From: an uncultured virus (IMG/VR IMGVR_UViG_3300032086_001957)
Taxonomy: Duplodnaviria; Heunggongvirae; Uroviricota; Caudoviricetes
Virus record (IMG/VR): IMGVR_UViG_3300032086_001957
Length of the DNA: 64,000 bases
Direction: 5' to 3' (one strand)
Of this stretch, positions 30,564 to 40,505 are shown one piece after another. The notes under the pieces were generated by a model that was not told the DNA's origin, ran no database searches, and saw nothing but the letters and a program-made list of their open reading frames with translations. Made by a program: the position numbers and the translations under genes. Every line of letters begins with the position of its first letter. Positions within the stretch are counted from its first letter, which is position 1.

Positions 30564-32183
30564 TTAAAATGTGCCGCCATCTATATCGCCATATAATATA
30601 TCCGTTCCATCTGATTGAAGAATTTTACCATTTGCACCAAGTGCTAATTTTGCAAGAGTATTAGCTGCACTTGCATAAACTATATCACCTTGTGCATAAG
30701 ATGTTTGACCAGTACCACCATAATTATATGCAATAGTATCACCGTTCCATGTACCAGTAGCAATTGTTCCTAATGTTGTTATACTTGTTTGTCCAACATA
30801 AGTTGATGCAATTGTAATTGCATTTGCACTAACAGTAATTTTATCTGCTGTACCAACTGCATCAATTGTGTTTCCATTTTTTGTTAAACCATTTCCAGCA
30901 GTAATTTGTCCTGCACCAGAAAATTGTTCAAAGATAATATTACTTGTTCCAATTGCAGTTGTTGTTTCTGTTTGAACAAAACCATTTGCTTCGTTTACAG
31001 TTCCTTCTTCTACAAATAAAAAGTCACCAGAAGCAACTTCAGCAACTGTATCAAAGTCTGTTGCTCTTGTAAATACAGTTGATGATGTTCTAGTATATAT
31101 ACCGTTATGAGCTTGATTGGTTTCGTTCTTAATTAAGATTCTATCACCATTTACAAGTGTATATCCATCAAGTGTTGAAATACCAGTAGAAAGTGTCAAT
31201 GTTGCACCAACACCTGAAGTACCATTGTTGTATGTTACTGTGTCACCACTTTCAGTTGCCAAGTTTTGTGTTGTTGCGGCCTTTACAGAAGCATGAACAT
31301 GAAGTCCTTCAGCAATTGCATCAACATAAGATTTTGGTACAAGTGATTGGTCAGTAAAACCTGCTCTGTTTTCATAACCAGATGGAACAATAACTGTTGC
31401 TGTTCCGTTTGGTGATAAAACTAAATCACCATTTGCATTTGTAGTAGAAATTGTATTTGCATCTAAACTTATATTATCAACTTTAAGAACTGTTACAGGA
31501 GTTGCATCACCAATAGTACCACCTTCGATTGTTGCAGTATTAATATCTGGTGATGTTAAAGTTTTATTTGTTAATGTCTGTGTACCTGTTAAGGTTGCAA
31601 CTGTACTATCAATTGCGATAGAAATTTGATTATTAGTAACAGTTGTATCAACACCAGTTCCACCTGCGAAAGTTAAAGTTTCACCAGTATTAAATGTATC
31701 TGTTGTTCCTGAATCAGCGTCTATATCAAATGAAGAAGTAATTGAACCCCAACTCAAATCACCACTACTATTTGTAGTTAAGTAATTTCCAGCAGTTGGT
31801 GTTGCAGGCAATGTGTATATTGTATTTGCAGATAGAGCATTTGGTGACTTAAGCGCAATATAGTTTGTACCATTAGTAGTTCCTTCATTAAGTTTTAAAC
31901 TACCACCAGTTGTAGAATGATTTCCTACATAGAAATCATCTATTGCACTATTTGAATCGACAAGAAGTGCTGAACTTGCAGTTAATGTACCATGAACATG
32001 ATCCATTAAGTTTACAAAATATTCACCACCAATTACATTTACACTAGAACCATCACCAATAAAAAGTCTGTCACCATTGTCTGCTTGAGTACCTGCACCG
32101 TGGGTGTATGCTAATTCACCATCACTTAATGTATTTGGTGCAGTAGTACCAGTAGAGCGTTTTATTTGAATTATTGTAGCCAT
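30564..32183 (-). CDS. Tail fibre protein
   Basis: MATIIQIKRS..GELAY, TQTLTNKTL, GDRILIKNET..HNGIY. Confidence 0.78.
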   Translation of the reverse strand: MATIIQIKRSTGTTAPNTLSDGELAYTHGAGTQADNGDRLFIGDGSSVNVIGGEYFVNLMDHVHGTLTASSALLVDSNSAIDDFYVGNHSTTGGSLKLNEGTTNGTNYIALKSPNALSANTIYTLPATPTAGNYLTTNSSGDLSWGSITSSFDIDADSGTTDTFNTGETLTFAGGTGVDTTVTNNQISIAIDSTVATLTGTQTLTNKTLTSPDINTATIEGGTIGDATPVTVLKVDNISLDANTISTTNANGDLVLSPNGTATVIVPSGYENRAGFTDQSLVPKSYVDAIAEGLHVHASVKAATTQNLATESGDTVTYNNGTSGVGATLTLSTGISTLDGYTLVNGDRILIKNETNQAHNGIYTRTSSTVFTRATDFDTVAEVASGDFLFVEEGTVNEANGFVQTETTTAIGTSNIIFEQFSGAGQITAGNGLTKNGNTIDAVGTADKITVSANAITIASTYVGQTSITTLGTIATGTWNGDTIAYNYGGTGQTSYAQGDIVYASAANTLAKLALGANGKILQSDGTDILYGDIDGGTF

Positions 32184-32197
32184 GTTTTATTTTCCCT

Positions 32198-32485
32198 TTA
32201 AAAACTTCCTGCATTTAGACGAAGTGAATTATTCTCACTTGTATCTAATTCGTTTCTTGCAACCCATTTACTTGAAGCGGTACTGTATTGTAACAAAGCA
32301 CCATCTGCTAGACCTGAAGCATCAACATTACCGATATCATTTATGCTAAGACTTTCAGATGAAGCTTGAGCGCCTGTGTCACCTTTAGGGCCTGGAACAG
32401 TAACTCTCGTTACTTGTGGTTGATTCCCTTGTGATACAGAACCTACGACTGTTCTTGTTGTGTTAACTGTTGCTGTTATTGCCAT
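32198..32485 (-). CDS. Small virion protein with short collagen-like GPKGDTG
   Basis: GPKGDTG; DGALLQY...KW motif; ends LNAGSF. Confidence 0.62.
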   Translation of the reverse strand: MAITATVNTTRTVVGSVSQGNQPQVTRVTVPGPKGDTGAQASSESLSINDIGNVDASGLADGALLQYSTASSKWVARNELDTSENNSLRLNAGSF

Positions 32486-32491
32486 AGTAGT

Positions 32492-32830
32492 TTAACTCCT
32501 AGAAACGCTTGGATTGACAGTTGCAATACCTTCAACTACTCTTGTTTTTACATCAGAACTATCTGTTATGAGAACATCATAAACATATCTTCCTGATTCA
32601 AGACTAGCTGTTTGTGTATCTGTTAATGAGATTGTGATTTGACCTGTGGTTCTATCAGATGCAAAGGTAGATGTAAAACTTGTAGATGTTGTAGATGCAT
32701 AAGTTTTACGAATTTGAGCAAGTGCAGTATAACCAGTTAGATCAAGAGCAGAGCCCGTTGAATCATTAATAGTTACTGTAGTTGTGAATGTTGCACCTTG
32801 ATCAATGAATATATTTGAAACAGTTGCCAT
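32492..32830 (-). CDS. Conserved virion structural protein (start probably MATVS)
   Basis: IDQGATF, LDLTGYT, GRYVYDV, RVVEG...PSV; GGAG RBS. Confidence 0.72.
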   Translation of the reverse strand: MATVSNIFIDQGATFTTTVTINDSTGSALDLTGYTALAQIRKTYASTTSTSFTSTFASDRTTGQITISLTDTQTASLESGRYVYDVLITDSSDVKTRVVEGIATVNPSVSRS

Positions 32831-32853
32831 TAAATACAATCTCCTTTATCATC

Positions 32854-32871
32854 TATTTATAATTATTTATA
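32854..32871 (-). promoter_or_regulatory. Tandem T4 late promoters
   Basis: TATAAATA at 32854-32861 and 32864-32871. Confidence 0.8.
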
Positions 32872-32921
32872 ACTGAATGATAAAAAAGATTGGTATTATT
32901 ATGAAGCGTCAGTTTACTCTC

Positions 32922-33608
32922 TTAAAATTTTATACAATGTAGTAATGTTGCATTAAATGGAAATGTTGTACCACCTCTAGTTAAATTATTACCAGAATTA
33001 CCACCAGCGGCATTGTCACGCAATGCATTACCATCATTATCAATTCTATCTACTCTTAAACCCCATTCATTCCAACCACCAGTCCAACCATTAACCCACA
33101 TATTACCAAAAAATGTCAGATTATTTCCACTTCCCTGTGTAGGTTCATTTGGATTCACAGGTGGGTTTTGAGAATTGGTTGCTCTAAACATACCTCTTGT
33201 AGAAGTACCTCTAGTTGCATATGTTGGGCCTGTGTTTTCGTGTCTAAATCTGTGTCCGTGATCTTTAATTGTGTCTGTTGTTCTTGTTCCTACTGTTCCA
33301 CCATCATGTGTTCTAGTGTATGTTTGTGAACCTGCACCACGAAGAAAACCACCTCTTAAGTCTGGGAGATTAAATGTTGTAGAACCATCACCTGAACCCC
33401 AAGTATCTCCAATTGCAGTATATAAATCTGCATAAGTTGTTCGACTTACTGCTGAACCATCACATGAAAGAAAACCACTAGGTGCAGCTGAACTTGCAAA
33501 AGAAATAACCATTCCAGTAAGAATAGGAGACTCACCACTATTATCAGCAAGTTTTCTTCTTCTGTTTGCAGTAATAGTTGTTCTGTCTATTGTAAATACA
33601 TTTGCCAT
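32922..33608 (-). CDS. Tail-collar domain fibre protein (paralog of 49668-50372)
   Basis: PSGFLSCDGSAVSRTTYADLY..IG.TWG.GDGSTTFNLPDLRG; ends CIKF. Confidence 0.85.
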   Translation of the reverse strand: MANVFTIDRTTITANRRRKLADNSGESPILTGMVISFASSAAPSGFLSCDGSAVSRTTYADLYTAIGDTWGSGDGSTTFNLPDLRGGFLRGAGSQTYTRTHDGGTVGTRTTDTIKDHGHRFRHENTGPTYATRGTSTRGMFRATNSQNPPVNPNEPTQGSGNNLTFFGNMWVNGWTGGWNEWGLRVDRIDNDGNALRDNAAGGNSGNNLTRGGTTFPFNATLLHCIKF

Positions 33609-33630
33609 CTATGTTCTCTAGTTTTTAAAC

Positions 33631-33638
33631 TATTTATA
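33631..33638 (-). promoter_or_regulatory. T4 late promoter
   Basis: TATAAATA upstream of collar gene. Confidence 0.78.
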
Positions 33639-33642
33639 ATCT

Positions 33643-33813
33643 TTAGTCTGCATCTGCGATTGTTAATTCACCTGCATCTACTTGTCGCATGATTTCATCA
33701 TAAAATCTATTACCTTCTACTAATGGAACTGACCATTCTACACCATCTATTGTTGCATTAATACAAGTAATTTCATCATTCCATTGTTTATATTGTGCGT
33801 TAGTTATTTCCAT
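33643..33813 (-). CDS. Small chaperone-like protein (56 aa, not in ORF track)
   Basis: MEITNAQYKQW...GNRFYDEIMRQVDAGELTIADAD. Confidence 0.8.
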   Translation of the reverse strand: MEITNAQYKQWNDEITCINATIDGVEWSVPLVEGNRFYDEIMRQVDAGELTIADAD

Positions 33814-33821
33814 TTTTAATC

Positions 33822-34973
33822 CTATAATTCTGCATCATATTTCATAGTTACACCTCTTATATCACAGCCTCTTCCAACCACACTTGGTGTTCCAGATGTA
33901 TTTCTATTAAATAAAACTCTACAACTAAATGGGTTTGCATTTTGCGTTGAATTTTGACTTGAAATACTAGAATCATATTGTCCATCAGAAACAGTACCAC
34001 CTGATATCCAAGAAACTGCTGGTGCTTGACACATCCTCACAGGGAATTGTATGATAGAAAGAGGTATATTAGCACTACCCCCACCCATAGTACCTGCATA
34101 TGCAAAAACATCCTGTACAAAATATCTATGACATTTTCTTAATACAGTTTCATATGGCTCAAACTCGAATCCTGAAGCGTTTCCACCGATCTCAAGTTGC
34201 ACTCCTGTTATGAAAAATTGATTTGGATTACCATTACCGCTGTTTACACTATTAAAGTACATATTAGATGAACTAACTCTATTAGCAGTACCTACAGCAG
34301 CCCAAGCTGATTCATTTAAAGTACCACTTGTATAATCAGTACCTGCAAAAAGCCACCAATTAACTTGTAAACTAGCGTTATTATCATTATCAAATGCACC
34401 AGTTGTATCAGCAGGGAATGTAATAGTATATTTAGTCCACGAAGTTGATGAGGTAAGTGCTTTTGATATTTGTCTATTATTGTCTATATCAAGTAATTCA
34501 ACCGTAAAAGTAAGGTCTGCCGTACTAAACTTAGCCCAAAAACTTAATGTTAATTCTTTAGCATTGGAAGTGCCTTTACATAGATGCTGGAGGTTTTGAC
34601 CTTCAATTTTTTGTGAAAATATGTTTTTATTACCTGTACTTGGATTTGGAGCTAAACTATCTGAAGGCCCAGAGCGGTGAATTTTATAAGCGTTACTAAA
34701 CCCATATCCTGATGGTACATCAGTTACAATCTCATGTGTTAATCCACCTGCACCATTTAAGTCAACCTCAAATCTATCTGCGAGATGATATCCACCCAAA
34801 AGTATGCCAGAAACGCTTGACGCTCTTTGATAAACATTCATGCCGCCATTAATGATTAAATTTTTATTAACAATATTATTATTAGTAAAAGCAACATTAC
34901 CAGATGAATCTATCTTTATATCATCACTATCTGAACTTAATCCTCTAAATGCACCTGTCTTTACAAAACTCAT
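33822..34973 (-). CDS. Putative receptor-binding protein, carbohydrate-binding-like domain
   Basis: NLIINGGMNVYQR...QLEIG...FEFEPYETVLRKCHRYF...DAEL. Confidence 0.72.
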   Translation of the reverse strand: MSFVKTGAFRGLSSDSDDIKIDSSGNVAFTNNNIVNKNLIINGGMNVYQRASSVSGILLGGYHLADRFEVDLNGAGGLTHEIVTDVPSGYGFSNAYKIHRSGPSDSLAPNPSTGNKNIFSQKIEGQNLQHLCKGTSNAKELTLSFWAKFSTADLTFTVELLDIDNNRQISKALTSSTSWTKYTITFPADTTGAFDNDNNASLQVNWWLFAGTDYTSGTLNESAWAAVGTANRVSSSNMYFNSVNSGNGNPNQFFITGVQLEIGGNASGFEFEPYETVLRKCHRYFVQDVFAYAGTMGGGSANIPLSIIQFPVRMCQAPAVSWISGGTVSDGQYDSSISSQNSTQNANPFSCRVLFNRNTSGTPSVVGRGCDIRGVTMKYDAEL

Positions 34974-34976
34974 AAT

Positions 34977-35291
34977 TTATTCCTTTGGATACTTATCTTT
35001 TACTGCTTGAATTTTTGCTGTCATCTCTGTTGAAAATGCACCAGCTTTGAATAAGTCATCTAACTGGTCACCTATGTCTGGATATTCTTCTTTTCTATTC
35101 CTTGCATACAGAGCATTATTATATTCTGTTTTTAGTCTAGTTATTTCAGTTTCTATCTCTGTATCAGTAGGTTGTGTCTGATTTGTATCATGCCATATTA
35201 TAGTATTACCTTTCATAGAAAATTCTGCGTTAGGTCTTAATGATTGTATAGCCTGTCCTTTTATAACACTTTCGTCATTATACTCAATCAT
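34977..35291 (-). CDS. XkdW-like/tail-fibre chaperone (start probably MIEYN)
   Basis: AIQSLRPNAEF, QPTDTEI, YARNRKEEYPDIGDQLD, VKDKYPK. Confidence 0.7.
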   Translation of the reverse strand: MIEYNDESVIKGQAIQSLRPNAEFSMKGNTIIWHDTNQTQPTDTEIETEITRLKTEYNNALYARNRKEEYPDIGDQLDDLFKAGAFSTEMTAKIQAVKDKYPKE

Positions 35292-35854
35292 ACTTGTATC
35301 TCCCAAGCTCTTAACATTGGTGGGCCATTATAATATCCTGTTCCATCAACACCGTATAAAAAATGAATAGTGCCACTACCATTTGTTTCGTTTCTACATT
35401 GTAGTTTATAAGTTATCTGACTTGTAGTGCCTGGTATATCTACAACTTCATATATTCCATTAAAAGCAATAGCACCGCCAGTATTCCAATTACCTCTTGT
35501 TTCATGTATCTCTGTAGAATCTCTTAAAAATCTTATTCTATTTTCTCTACTTGCTGTCGTTTGATACATTCTTGCTGTAAATTGTAGTAATACTTTATTG
35601 GTTGCTTTTGTTGGTGTAAAAGTAAAAGAATACGCATCTTGGTATGTTGATGAAGATGTAGAAAATGCAGAGTTAAATGCTTCATGTTTAAATTGTACAA
35701 GACTTCCAGCAGGGTAATCTGCTGTACTTCCATTAGTTAATACAGTTCCTGTATTATCAGGTATGTTTAATGTTCGATCTGTGTTGGTATTTGGAGCCTG
35801 AAAGGTTAGTGTTCCTGACCCTGAAGCGTTTCCTTGAATTCGTACATTGCTCAC
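35288..35854 (-). CDS. Short fibre/receptor-binding protein
   Basis: N-terminus GNASGSGTLTFQAPNTNTDRTLNIPD shared with 37105-37698; C-terminal beta domain. Confidence 0.66.
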   Translation of the reverse strand: MSNVRIQGNASGSGTLTFQAPNTNTDRTLNIPDNTGTVLTNGSTADYPAGSLVQFKHEAFNSAFSTSSSTYQDAYSFTFTPTKATNKVLLQFTARMYQTTASRENRIRFLRDSTEIHETRGNWNTGGAIAFNGIYEVVDIPGTTSQITYKLQCRNETNGSGTIHFLYGVDGTGYYNGPPMLRAWEIQV

Positions 35855-35857
35855 TTG

Positions 35858-36040
35858 TTACTCTGCCTCTGCGATTGTGAGTGTACCTGCATCAACTTGA
35901 CGCATGATTTCGTTGTAGTGTCTGTTTCCAACTTTTAATGGAACACACATTTCTTCTCCATCTACTAAACATTTAATACCTATATTTGTTTCAGTATCTG
36001 TAAAAGAATCTCTGTAATATTGTGCATTTGTAATATTCAT
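35858..36040 (-). CDS. Small chaperone-like protein (60 aa)
   Basis: GNRHYNEIMRQVDAGTLTIAEAE; third paralog. Confidence 0.8.
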   Translation of the reverse strand: MNITNAQYYRDSFTDTETNIGIKCLVDGEEMCVPLKVGNRHYNEIMRQVDAGTLTIAEAE

Positions 36041-36042
36041 TT

Positions 36043-37092
36043 TTATAACTCCGAATCAAATAATATAAAAGATAATCCAACATTATATTGTCTTAATATG
36101 CCAGGTCTACCAGCAGTTAATCCAGAAGCCGATGCAGTAGCAGATATTGAATGTGGAGTTATGTGACTAGCACTTATACTGGTTACTACATAACTAGATA
36201 CTCCATCAATGATTTGAAATCTACCAGCAGTTTGAAAAGAAACAGATGGGTCATCTCTCAATACAACTGGAGGTCTAACAACAGCATTGCAGGCAGAAGC
36301 TGAAGTAGTTCCAGAACCATAAGGGGCAAAATCCTCATTAGTGGAAAACATATAGCAATACCTTTGACAATCTAATAATTGCTGACCATAACTTTTTCTT
36401 TCAAAGGTTGAATTAGTTGGCGATTTTTCAAGTTGGACATCTGTAATGTAAAGAAACTCACCAGCACTAGTCGTAGTTACATCACTCCAAATGAACACCA
36501 CTACATTCTTTGCACCTGATGTGTCAATCGTAGCAGTTGTAGTATAAGTAGCATAACTAGTTGTTAAGTTTAAATTCGCTGGAGTGTTTTCATAGGTGTA
36601 ATTTGTAGCAAGTGTTGGGTCAGTTCCCTCTGCACCCCAAGCAGATATTATATCATCTGTAAGAGTATCAGCAGTTCCGTCCCATGCAATAATGGCACAC
36701 TTAACATTATCTAAATTAGTAGTGCTAGATACTTTTGCTTTGAAAGATAAAGTAACTTCTTGACCAATTAAATCAACACAATTTATCTGCTCAATCTTTT
36801 GTGCAATACCAAACTTTTTATTAGCTGTTTCTACATCTAGTGCAATGGCATACAGTTGATTGGTTGGAACAGTTGTTGTTTCTTGAGTTATATCTACTAC
36901 ATCATTACCATCACTAAATAACTGCCATCTGTCTAAAGTATATTTAGTATCATTGTTTTTACTATCAGTAGAGGTATATGTGGATGACCTTTGATTCACA
37001 GAAAAATCTCCATTAATGACTTTGTTTCTTTCAGAGAGAATATATTCTGTTCCATTTCTGTGTTGTAATGTATCTACTTTTAATGTACTCAT
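36043..37092 (-). CDS. Putative receptor-binding protein, carbohydrate-binding-like domain
   Basis: MSTLKVDTLQ; NKVINGDF.VNQR...VQLE...LLDCQRY...DSEL. Confidence 0.7.
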   Translation of the reverse strand: MSTLKVDTLQHRNGTEYILSERNKVINGDFSVNQRSSTYTSTDSKNNDTKYTLDRWQLFSDGNDVVDITQETTTVPTNQLYAIALDVETANKKFGIAQKIEQINCVDLIGQEVTLSFKAKVSSTTNLDNVKCAIIAWDGTADTLTDDIISAWGAEGTDPTLATNYTYENTPANLNLTTSYATYTTTATIDTSGAKNVVVFIWSDVTTTSAGEFLYITDVQLEKSPTNSTFERKSYGQQLLDCQRYCYMFSTNEDFAPYGSGTTSASACNAVVRPPVVLRDDPSVSFQTAGRFQIIDGVSSYVVTSISASHITPHSISATASASGLTAGRPGILRQYNVGLSFILFDSEL

Positions 37093-37104
37093 TTATTATC
37101 CTTT

Positions 37105-37698
37105 TTATCCTAGCAACCAACCAGACCAAACTGATGTTCCAGAATTGATATCTATTTGACTACCACCTACTGAAGATGCTATTTGACAATATAACTCATC
37201 AGCAGCAGTTAGTAAAAAAACACCAGAAAAAACTATTTGGTTATAATCTGAATCTCCTGATTCATTAGAAATTGTATTAAGAACCTCATGGATTTGACCA
37301 CTTTGATTGTATAGTCTTAATCTCATATATCTACCACTATCAGAAGATGATGTAGAATAAGTAGTATTTGCCATCATATAATATCCAGTAACAGGCACAA
37401 CAAATTTATAAGTTGTTGTATTAAAATTATTTCCTAAATCAAATCTAGTTCCACTATTGGTAGCACTTCCACTATCATTTGCATAAGGAATAGTATAATC
37501 TGTGGCTGCATCTACAATAGTAAGAGCATCATTACTAACTCTAAAACCTACTTTTGTTGTTGATGGAGTTTCGTGAACATAATTTAAATCTTTATCAGAA
37601 TCTGATAGTGTTAATGTTCGATTAGTGTTACTATTTGGAGCATCTATCGTGAACACCCCTGTGCCACTAGCGTTTGGACTCAATTTTATTTGTGACAT
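37105..37698 (-). CDS. C1q-like domain fibre protein
   Basis: FNTTTYKFVVPVTGYY, LTAADEL, WSGWLLG end. Confidence 0.72.
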   Translation of the reverse strand: MSQIKLSPNASGTGVFTIDAPNSNTNRTLTLSDSDKDLNYVHETPSTTKVGFRVSNDALTIVDAATDYTIPYANDSGSATNSGTRFDLGNNFNTTTYKFVVPVTGYYMMANTTYSTSSSDSGRYMRLRLYNQSGQIHEVLNTISNESGDSDYNQIVFSGVFLLTAADELYCQIASSVGGSQIDINSGTSVWSGWLLG

Positions 37699-37701
37699 AC
37701 T

Positions 37702-37962
37702 TTATTCCTCATCTTCTGCTTCTATTCTTGCTTGTCTTTGAGCAGCAGTTTCAAGGTTAGCAGCCATAACTATTTCATCATCAGTACCTGATACAGTTCC
37801 TCCTTCTGCTCTTATTCTTGTTATTTCACTATCAACAACTCTTTTTATAACCTTTTTACATTTGACTTTAACAGCGTTTTCAATCCATTGTTGTGGTGAA
37901 ATACATTCATATGCTAATGCTTTATTTTCAGCATCTGTTAATGTGATTGTATAATCTGTCAT
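37702..37962 (-). CDS. Small helical protein, probable fibre chaperone
   Basis: MTDYTITLTDAENKALAY...QWIENAV; follows a C1q gene. Confidence 0.6.
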   Translation of the reverse strand: MTDYTITLTDAENKALAYECISPQQWIENAVKVKCKKVIKRVVDSEITRIRAEGGTVSGTDDEIVMAANLETAAQRQARIEAEDEE

Positions 37963-37974
37963 AATATTTCCTTT

Positions 37975-38544
37975 CTATCCTATTAAGGCAACTGCAAAAT
38001 GACCGAGACCTGAAGATAATAAAGTTCCCATTTGAATAGTGCCTGAATTTACAAGAACTTCAACATAATCATTTGCGTCCATGTAAACAACAGCACAGGA
38101 TGTAAATCTATTGCTATAACTTTCAGACCCTTCTCTACCTACTCTTGAAACTCTACCTACACCATTGACATTTATATCTACCACTCCTGATGTATTCTGC
38201 TCAGTACCAAATTGAAAAGTAATAACATAAAAACCATCAACAGGTGCAGTAAATATTCCCGCTGATAAATCACCTCCAGCATCTCGTACTACATTAGTAT
38301 AAAAGCCTGATATATTTCCGCTAGTATAATTTGTTCTAGTGCCAGATGGTAAATTTGCGAAACATCCAGTTTGATTAGGTTTTAAAACATTTCCTGAACT
38401 ATCAATATGAATACTATTTGCTGTAGCACTTGAATCAATGTTCAAAGGATAATTTGTGCCTGAACCTACTACAGCACCAGATGCAGTTGGAACTGTGAGA
38501 TTGTTTATACTTCCATTTCCTGTTCCACTTAATGATAGTGCCAT
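37975..38544 (-). CDS. C1q-like domain fibre protein
   Basis: FTAPVDGFYVITF, MDANDYVEV, ends ALIG. Confidence 0.72.
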   Translation of the reverse strand: MALSLSGTGNGSINNLTVPTASGAVVGSGTNYPLNIDSSATANSIHIDSSGNVLKPNQTGCFANLPSGTRTNYTSGNISGFYTNVVRDAGGDLSAGIFTAPVDGFYVITFQFGTEQNTSGVVDINVNGVGRVSRVGREGSESYSNRFTSCAVVYMDANDYVEVLVNSGTIQMGTLLSSGLGHFAVALIG

Positions 38545-38557
38545 TTATTTTTCCCCT

Positions 38558-39307
38558 TTAAACTATTGTCCATACTGAGCCAGCAGGTATTGTTACAGTA
38601 ACACCTGAATTTACTGTGATGGGCCCAGCACTCATTGCATTTCTATTTGTTGTAATTGTGTAATCACCAGTAACATTTTGGTCATTTTCATAGAATACAG
38701 GATTTCCAGCAGCTCCTGTAGCACCGCCACCAACTGCACCCCATGCCGTTCCATCATAACCTTCAAAAACATTATCATCTGTATTAAATCTAAATTTACC
38801 TGAAACACCTGTTCCTCTATCTGAAGTTCCACCTTTTGGAACTGTAACTGAATCTGTTCCAGGCAATACTATGTTATCTTCTAACTTTGCAGAAGTAACA
38901 TTTGAATCTGCAATTTTAACTGTAGTAACATTTGAGTCTGCGATTTTATCAGTAGTAACATTTAAATTTGCAATTTTAGCAGTGGTAACATTTGAATCTG
39001 CAATTTTAACAGTAGTTACTGCACCATTTTCAAGTATAGCAGTTGCATTTAAACTATCTAATGGTCTACCAAGATAAAGAATAAAAATTCTAGACGCATT
39101 TGCAGGAGCACTTGCAAATGTAATATTTAAACCAGAAACTGTATAAGAATATTCTGGTTCTTGAATAATCGCATCTAAAGAAACTAAAATTTGAGATGCA
39201 ATAGCAATAGTATAATCTAGTGCGAAAGTGGTTGTACTTCCATCACCAGTAATAACTTGTCTGTGATATGCACCGTAACTTGGTTGATTTCCTAAATAAT
39301 TACTCAT
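38558..39307 (-). CDS. Modular fibre/adaptor protein
   Basis: MSNYLGNQP, GDGSTTTF module, VTTAKIAD repeats, RFNTD...FEGY, C-terminal NAMSAGPITV...WTIV. Confidence 0.72.
   Translation of the reverse strand: MSNYLGNQPSYGAYHRQVITGDGSTTTFALDYTIAIASQILVSLDAIIQEPEYSYTVSGLNITFASAPANASRIFILYLGRPLDSLNATAILENGAVTTVKIADSNVTTAKIANLNVTTDKIADSNVTTVKIADSNVTSAKLEDNIVLPGTDSVTVPKGGTSDRGTGVSGKFRFNTDDNVFEGYDGTAWGAVGGGATGAAGNPVFYENDQNVTGDYTITTNRNAMSAGPITVNSGVTVTIPAGSVWTIV
38881..39023 (-). repeat. About five 30-nt tandem coding repeats (NVTTxKIADS)
   Basis: gtaacatttgaatctgcaatttt recurs with 30-nt period. Confidence 0.88.
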
Positions 39308-39328
39308 TAATTTTTATTCCTTTAATTT

Positions 39329-39336
39329 TATTTATA
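39329..39336 (-). promoter_or_regulatory. T4 late promoter
   Basis: TATAAATA overlapping the stop of 39332-40132. Confidence 0.72.
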
Positions 39337-40132
39337 ACTGGTATCTAACCATAATGTCTGAATTGTTTAACGGTGTAAATGTAAATGTTAATACTGCACC
39401 AGATATTGTATAGTCATCAGTAGGTTGCATACAAGTACCATTATAATATACAAAAGCATTATTTGTTGTTACTGCATTTGATAATGTAAAAATAGATGTT
39501 GAACCATTACCACTAAAAGTATCTAACTGATAATCTGGGCCTCTACGAAGAACACCTCTAACACCTAAATGTTTTACTAAAATAACAGCTGCAGATGCAG
39601 GTGCAGATGTAAATGTTAATGTTGCACTTGATAATGAAAAATCTGTGGTTGATTGTTGAACAGAACCATTAACTGAAACTAAAATTGAATTTGCATTAGG
39701 TGGAGTTTCTGAAAGAGTAAACGCAGTTGTTGAAGCATCACCTGTAAAACTATCTGTTGTAAATGATTTTAAATTTGCAGATAATGCTGTATCAGTAACA
39801 GAACCAGTTGGTGGTGTATTACTTACATTTGCATAACCTCTATGAATCACATAAATTGATGCACTACCACTTGGTGCAGATGCAAATTTTAAAATTTTAG
39901 GTTGTGCGTCTGCTGTTTGATGAATAGTATAATCAGCAGTAGGTTCTTGTACTACATTATCAACTACTACTAATAAACCTGTTGCAACTGAACCAGGCAC
40001 AGCTAAATCTAAAACTTTAGAATTTGCATGACCGTTGTTTGTACCAAGTGCAGAACCTAGAAAATCTTCTTTTTTGAAAGTGGGTGCAAGTTGATTAACA
40101 TATGGTACACCCATATATGATTCATTTGACAT
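39332..40132 (-). CDS. Virion protein with three Ig-like GDxSTTxFTL modules
   Basis: Repeats of FxGxxSTxxFTLS...V.VNG..Q.P..DY..SG..LTF. Confidence 0.7.
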   Translation of the reverse strand: MSNESYMGVPYVNQLAPTFKKEDFLGSALGTNNGHANSKVLDLAVPGSVATGLLVVVDNVVQEPTADYTIHQTADAQPKILKFASAPSGSASIYVIHRGYANVSNTPPTGSVTDTALSANLKSFTTDSFTGDASTTAFTLSETPPNANSILVSVNGSVQQSTTDFSLSSATLTFTSAPASAAVILVKHLGVRGVLRRGPDYQLDTFSGNGSTSIFTLSNAVTTNNAFVYYNGTCMQPTDDYTISGAVLTFTFTPLNNSDIMVRYQL

Positions 40133-40142
40133 TTAAATTTCC

Positions 40143-40487
40143 TTATGTAACATCTTCTAAAACTGAAGCAACTACATCAACTGTAGCCGCAGAAGCATAA
40201 ATTTGAACTTTATCATCACCATTTAAAACAATCTTTTGTCCAGATACAACTTTTAATGTTGAACCAACAGGTATAATTGCGTCTTTAACAATATGATAAC
40301 TATTTGTTGAACTACTATCATATATTAAAACAGTTGCAGTAATAGAAGAAGTGCCAGTATTTGCAACATCTAATTCAATCAGAATAGAGTTTACTGTGCT
40401 ACCATTATTTGCAGTATAAATGTCTGTTGGTGAACCTGAACTTGTAGAAACACTTGTTGCAAATGCGTTTTTAAAATTATTAGCCAT
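40143..40487 (-). CDS. Small virion structural protein
   Basis: MANNFKN...IYTA...KIVLNGDDKV; follows an ...ALG-ending gene. Confidence 0.65.
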   Translation of the reverse strand: MANNFKNAFATSVSTSSGSPTDIYTANNGSTVNSILIELDVANTGTSSITATVLIYDSSSTNSYHIVKDAIIPVGSTLKVVSGQKIVLNGDDKVQIYASAATVDVVASVLEDVT

Positions 40488-40505
40488 TGTTTATTTCTTT
40501 CCTTA

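Noticed and set aside
38881..39023. CRISPR-like array
   Set aside because: In-frame 30-nt coding repeats with no unique spacers
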